The translations under genes and the position numbers were made by a program. Under the pieces are notes generated by a model. It was not told where the DNA came from. It was given only the letters and a program-made list of their open reading frames with translations, and made no database searches. From the NCBI GenBank assembly GCA_963704165.1, contig CAVPHD010000003.1:224001-288000 (forward strand): a stretch of 64,000 nt of DNA. The letters are read 5' to 3'. Shown here one piece after another: positions 60,709 to 64,000 of the stretch (within the stretch, counting starts at the first letter, position 1; the number at the start of each line of letters is the position of its first letter). The stretch is from an uncultured delta proteobacterium (GTDB lineage: Bacteria; Myxococcota_A; UBA9160; SZUA-336).

Positions 60709-61827
60709 TCAAGTCGCGATGCGCGGCACCCGCTTGCCGATTCGCGCCAGGATCTCGTACGAAATCGTGCCGGCCGCGCGCGCGACCTCCTCGACCGGGA
60801 TCGCGAACTCGCCGCGCCGGCCGAAGATCAGCACTTCATCGCCCGGCTCGATCGGTCCATCCCCGGGCACGGCCGCGGCGGAGAGGTCGCACGAGACGCG
60901 ACCGACCAGAGGCACGCGCCGGCCGCGAAATCCGACGGCGATCTTCCCGCCGACGGCGCGCGGCAATCCGTCGGCGTAGCCGATCGCGAGCGTGAGGATG
61001 CGCGTGGTTTCGCGTGCGACGAAGTCCCCGCCGTAGCCGATCTTCGTCCCCGCCCGGACCGTCTTCGCGTGACAGACGCGCGCGAAGAGACTCATCACGG
61101 GCTCGAGCGCGTTCCCGCCCGAAAGCAGCGGATCGGCGCCCCAGAGCCAGAGCCCGGGCCGAACCGCATTCGTGCCCGGAGCGGGACCGCGCGCGATGCC
61201 CGCGGAGTTGTCGACGTGGATCCATTCGGGCGCGAAACCGGCGGCACGAACGCGCGCCTCGAGGTCCGAGAAGAGCGCGCGCTGCCGCTCGGTGGCGGGC
61301 GCGTCCAGATCGTCCGCCTCGGCGAGGTGGCTCATCACGCCCTCGAGCCGCAGCGCCTTCGCGGCCCGCAGCCGCTCGAGAAACCCCGGTAGCTCTTCGG
61401 GCGCGAGACCGAGCCTTCCCATTCCGGTGTCGAACTTCAGGTGGAACGCCGCGACTCGGCTCGCGCGCGAAGCCGCCCGATCGAGCCAGTCGAGCGTCTC
61501 GACGCGACTCACGACCGGCGTCAGGTCGCGCGCGAGCGCCGTCTCCGCTTCGACCGGTTCGAGAAGTCCGCCGAGAATCAGGATCGGCTCGCGAACGCCG
61601 GCGTCGCGCAGCTCGAGCGCTTCCTCGACCGAGATCACCGCGAAGGCGTCGCAGCCGTCGGCGGCGAGCGCTCGCGCGACCATCACCGCGCCGTGTCCGT
61701 AGGCGTCCGCCTTCACGACCGCGATCACGCGGCGGCCCCCGGCACGCGCGCGGATCGCGCGCAAGTTGCGCACGAGCGCACCCAGGTCGATCTCGGCCCA
61801 GGCGCGCGTCTTCGCTCCCCCGCTCAC
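60709..61827 (-). CDS. alr: Alanine racemase
   Basis: VVKADAYGHG, DTGMGRLG, GYADG, GTISYEI. Confidence 0.95.
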   Translation of the reverse strand: MSGGAKTRAWAEIDLGALVRNLRAIRARAGGRRVIAVVKADAYGHGAVMVARALAADGCDAFAVISVEEALELRDAGVREPILILGGLLEPVEAETALARDLTPVVSRVETLDWLDRAASRASRVAAFHLKFDTGMGRLGLAPEELPGFLERLRAAKALRLEGVMSHLAEADDLDAPATERQRALFSDLEARVRAAGFAPEWIHVDNSAGIARGPAPGTNAVRPGLWLWGADPLLSGGNALEPVMSLFARVCHAKTVRAGTKIGYGGDFVARETTRILTLAIGYADGLPRAVGGKIAVGFRGRRVPLVGRVSCDLSAAAVPGDGPIEPGDEVLIFGRRGEFAIPVEEVARAAGTISYEILARIGKRVPRIAT

Positions 61828-61867
61828 GCGCTTCAATCTAGGCGAGCTTTCCGCTAACGTCCCGCGC

Positions 61868-62071
61868 GTGAAGTACGTGCTGAACGGCGAATCCCACGAG
61901 ACGCCGGACCCCCTCAGCGTGCTCGACCTGCTGACCCGCTTCGATCTCCGAAGCCAGCGGGTCGCGGTCGCTCTGAATTCCGAGGTGGTTCCGAAGTCGC
62001 GCTTCGCGGAGGTCTGGATCCGCGAGGGCGACAAGGTCGAGGTGATCCACGCCGTCGGAGGTGGCGCTTGA
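61868..62071 (+). CDS. thiS: Sulfur carrier ThiS (ends GGGA)
   Basis: LNGE...VAVALN...[14 protein letters not shown]; upstream of thiG. Confidence 0.9.
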   Translation: MKYVLNGESHETPDPLSVLDLLTRFDLRSQRVAVALNSEVVPKSRFAEVWIREGDKVEVIHAVGGGA

Positions 62072-62847
62072 ATCCGTCCTATCGCCTCGGTGATCTGGAG
62101 CTGCGCTCGCGCCTGATCATCGGAACCGGGAAGTACAAGTCGTTCGAAGAGAACCGCCAGGCGCTCGACGCGAGTGGCGCGGAGATGATCACGGTGGCGG
62201 TGCGACGCGTCGACCTCGCCGCGCGCGGCGCGGATTCGCTGCTCGAGTGGATTCCGCCCGATCGCTTCCACATCCTGCCCAACACCGCCGGGTGTACGAC
62301 GGCCACCGAAGCCGTCACGACCGCCCAGCTCGCACGCGAGCTGCTCGACACGAAGCTCGTGAAGCTCGAGGTGATCGGCGATCCACGGACGCTCTTCCCC
62401 GACACGACCGCGACGATCGAGGCCGCGCGGGTCCTCGTCGCGGAGGGCTTCACGGTTCTCCCGTACATCACCGACGACCCGGTCGCGTGCATGCGGCTCG
62501 AGGAGATCGGCTGCGCCGCGGTCATGCCGCTCGGCGCACCGATCGGATCCGGCCTCGGCCTGCGCAATCCGACGAACCTGCGGATCATTCTCGAGAGCGT
62601 GTCCTGCCCGGTGATCGTCGATGCCGGCGTGGGCACGGCCTCGGACGCCGCGATCGCGATGGAGCTCGGCTGCACCGCCGTGCTGATGAACACCGGCATC
62701 GCGAGCGCGAAGGATCCGATCAAGATGGCGCACGCGATGAAGCTCGCGGTCGAAGCCGGGCGCGCGGCCTACGAAGCCGGACGGATGCCGCGGAGACTTC
62801 ACGCGCAGGCGTCGAGTCCCGAGACAGGGCTGATCGATCTGTCGTGA
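62068..62847 (+). CDS. thiG: Thiazole synthase
   Basis: [31 protein letters not shown]. Confidence 0.96.
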   Translation: MNPSYRLGDLELRSRLIIGTGKYKSFEENRQALDASGAEMITVAVRRVDLAARGADSLLEWIPPDRFHILPNTAGCTTATEAVTTAQLARELLDTKLVKLEVIGDPRTLFPDTTATIEAARVLVAEGFTVLPYITDDPVACMRLEEIGCAAVMPLGAPIGSGLGLRNPTNLRIILESVSCPVIVDAGVGTASDAAIAMELGCTAVLMNTGIASAKDPIKMAHAMKLAVEAGRAAYEAGRMPRRLHAQASSPETGLIDLS

Positions 62848-63470
62848 CTCCGCGTCTGTGCTTCATGAGCGACGGCGCGCGAGGCAGCGCGGGACGGCCG
62901 CTTCTCGACGTGATCGAAGCGCTCGCGCGCGGTGGCGTCGAACTCGTCGTCTTGCGCGAACGCGACTGGACCGGCGCGGAGTGGACCGAAGCCGCGCGCA
63001 GGCTCGAACCTGCGCGCCGGCGCGGCCTGCGCGTGGTCGCGAGCCGGCGGCTCGACGTCGCGCGCGCGCTCGGACTCGACGGGGTTCAGCTCGGACGCGA
63101 GGCGATCCCGGTCCGCGAGGCCCGCGCGTTCCTCGGCCCGGACGCGCTGATCGGGTATTCGGCCCACGACGGCGACGAAGCGCGCCACGCCGCGGCGGAG
63201 GGCGCAAGCTACGTGATGCTGTCACCGATCTACGACACCGGCTCGAAGCCCGGCGCGACGCCGCGTGGCTGTGACTGGCTGCGCGAGGCGAGCGCGGATC
63301 TTGCGATTCCCGCACTCGCGCTCGGCGGACTCACTCCCGCACGTGTCTCCGAGGTACGAGCGGCCGGGGCGTTCGGCGTCGCCGCGGTCGAAGCACTCGG
63401 CGCCGCGCCCGACCCCGAAGCTGCGGCGCGGGCCTTTCGGCGCGCACTCGCGGACGGCGCGAGCGCATGA
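62844..63470 (+). CDS. ThiE/TenI family protein
   Basis: [20 protein letters not shown]; several ThiE motifs altered. Confidence 0.82.
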   Translation: MTPRLCFMSDGARGSAGRPLLDVIEALARGGVELVVLRERDWTGAEWTEAARRLEPARRRGLRVVASRRLDVARALGLDGVQLGREAIPVREARAFLGPDALIGYSAHDGDEARHAAAEGASYVMLSPIYDTGSKPGATPRGCDWLREASADLAIPALALGGLTPARVSEVRAAGAFGVAAVEALGAAPDPEAAARAFRRALADGASA

Positions 63471-64000
63471 GGCTGCGCGCCACGCTCGCTCTATTGGTCT
63501 TCGTGCTGACCGGTTGCGCCGGACTTCCGCCCGCCTTCGCGCGCGACGCGCTCGACGAGCTTCAGGCGCGCATCATCGAGGTGAATCGCGACGTCTCACC
63601 CGCCGTCGTGCACATCGAATCCGCCGTGCGGGTGAACAACCGGCGCGATCTGATCGAGGGATCGGGCTTCCTGATCAATCCGTCGGGTGTGCTGCTGACG
63701 AACTGGCACGTGGTCGATCGCGCCGAGAAGGTCAGCGTGATCGTGACCGGACGCGACGGCCGCTACGACGCCGAGGTCGTCGGCACCGACAAGCAGACGG
63801 ACGTGGCCGTTCTGCGCCTGGTTCCGCGCCCCGGCGAGCGGCCCTTCCCGTTCGCGAAGCTCGGTGACTCGGACAAGCTCGCGGTCGGCGAGTGGGTCAT
63901 CGCGATCGGAAACCCGTACGGGCTCGAGGGATCTGTCTCTCTTGGGATCGTGTCTGCCAAGGGCCGCGATCTGCGGACCGAGCAGCTCCTCAACGACTTC
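63467..64000 (+). CDS. HtrA/DegP-like serine protease, probable lipoprotein (partial)
   Basis: Manually translated: LTG-C lipobox, GSGF, TNWHVV, TDVAVL, IGNPYGL; runs off the window end. Confidence 0.9.
   Translation, partial: MRLRATLALLVFVLTGCAGLPPAFARDALDELQARIIEVNRDVSPAVVHIESAVRVNNRRDLIEGSGFLINPSGVLLTNWHVVDRAEKVSVIVTGRDGRYDAEVVGTDKQTDVAVLRLVPRPGERPFPFAKLGDSDKLAVGEWVIAIGNPYGLEGSVSLGIVSAKGRDLRTEQLLNDF

Overview
High-GC, densely packed bacterial chromosome segment with about 62 CDS and no recognisable rRNA, tRNA, CRISPR, IS or prophage. Gene content and order (trmFO-xerC-hslVU-argB-argF, J-domain/TPR proteins, two sigma54 activators) suggest a Myxococcota/deltaproteobacterial-type organism, which is an inference. 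Left to right: a YCF48-like lipoprotein with an inserted OmpA-like domain; an atypical UbiB/ABC1 kinase; a J-TPR + lid-less DnaK + TPR operon; housekeeping genes with a type-2 (actinobacterial/archaeal-like) valS; a ~32 kb Wzy-type exopolysaccharide locus (18.6-50.6 kb); then ligA, rsmI, yraN, a degenerate SMC-like membrane protein, the rpsP-rplS operon, purD, alr and thiSG-thiE-like-htrA. The EPS locus has PEP-CTERM-system-like accessory genes, a short OPX plus beta-barrel pair, an sxtJ/carbamoyltransferase/DUF5989/SGNH module, and two near-identical sigma54 promoters with a kinase and two activators. Eight single-base frameshifts in argF, hslU, an epimerase, gmd and ligA look like consensus errors. 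At least seven genes have a TANNNT hexamer 6-7 nt before the start codon and no Shine-Dalgarno, suggesting leaderless mRNAs. All family calls come from motif recognition by eye; no database searches were run.
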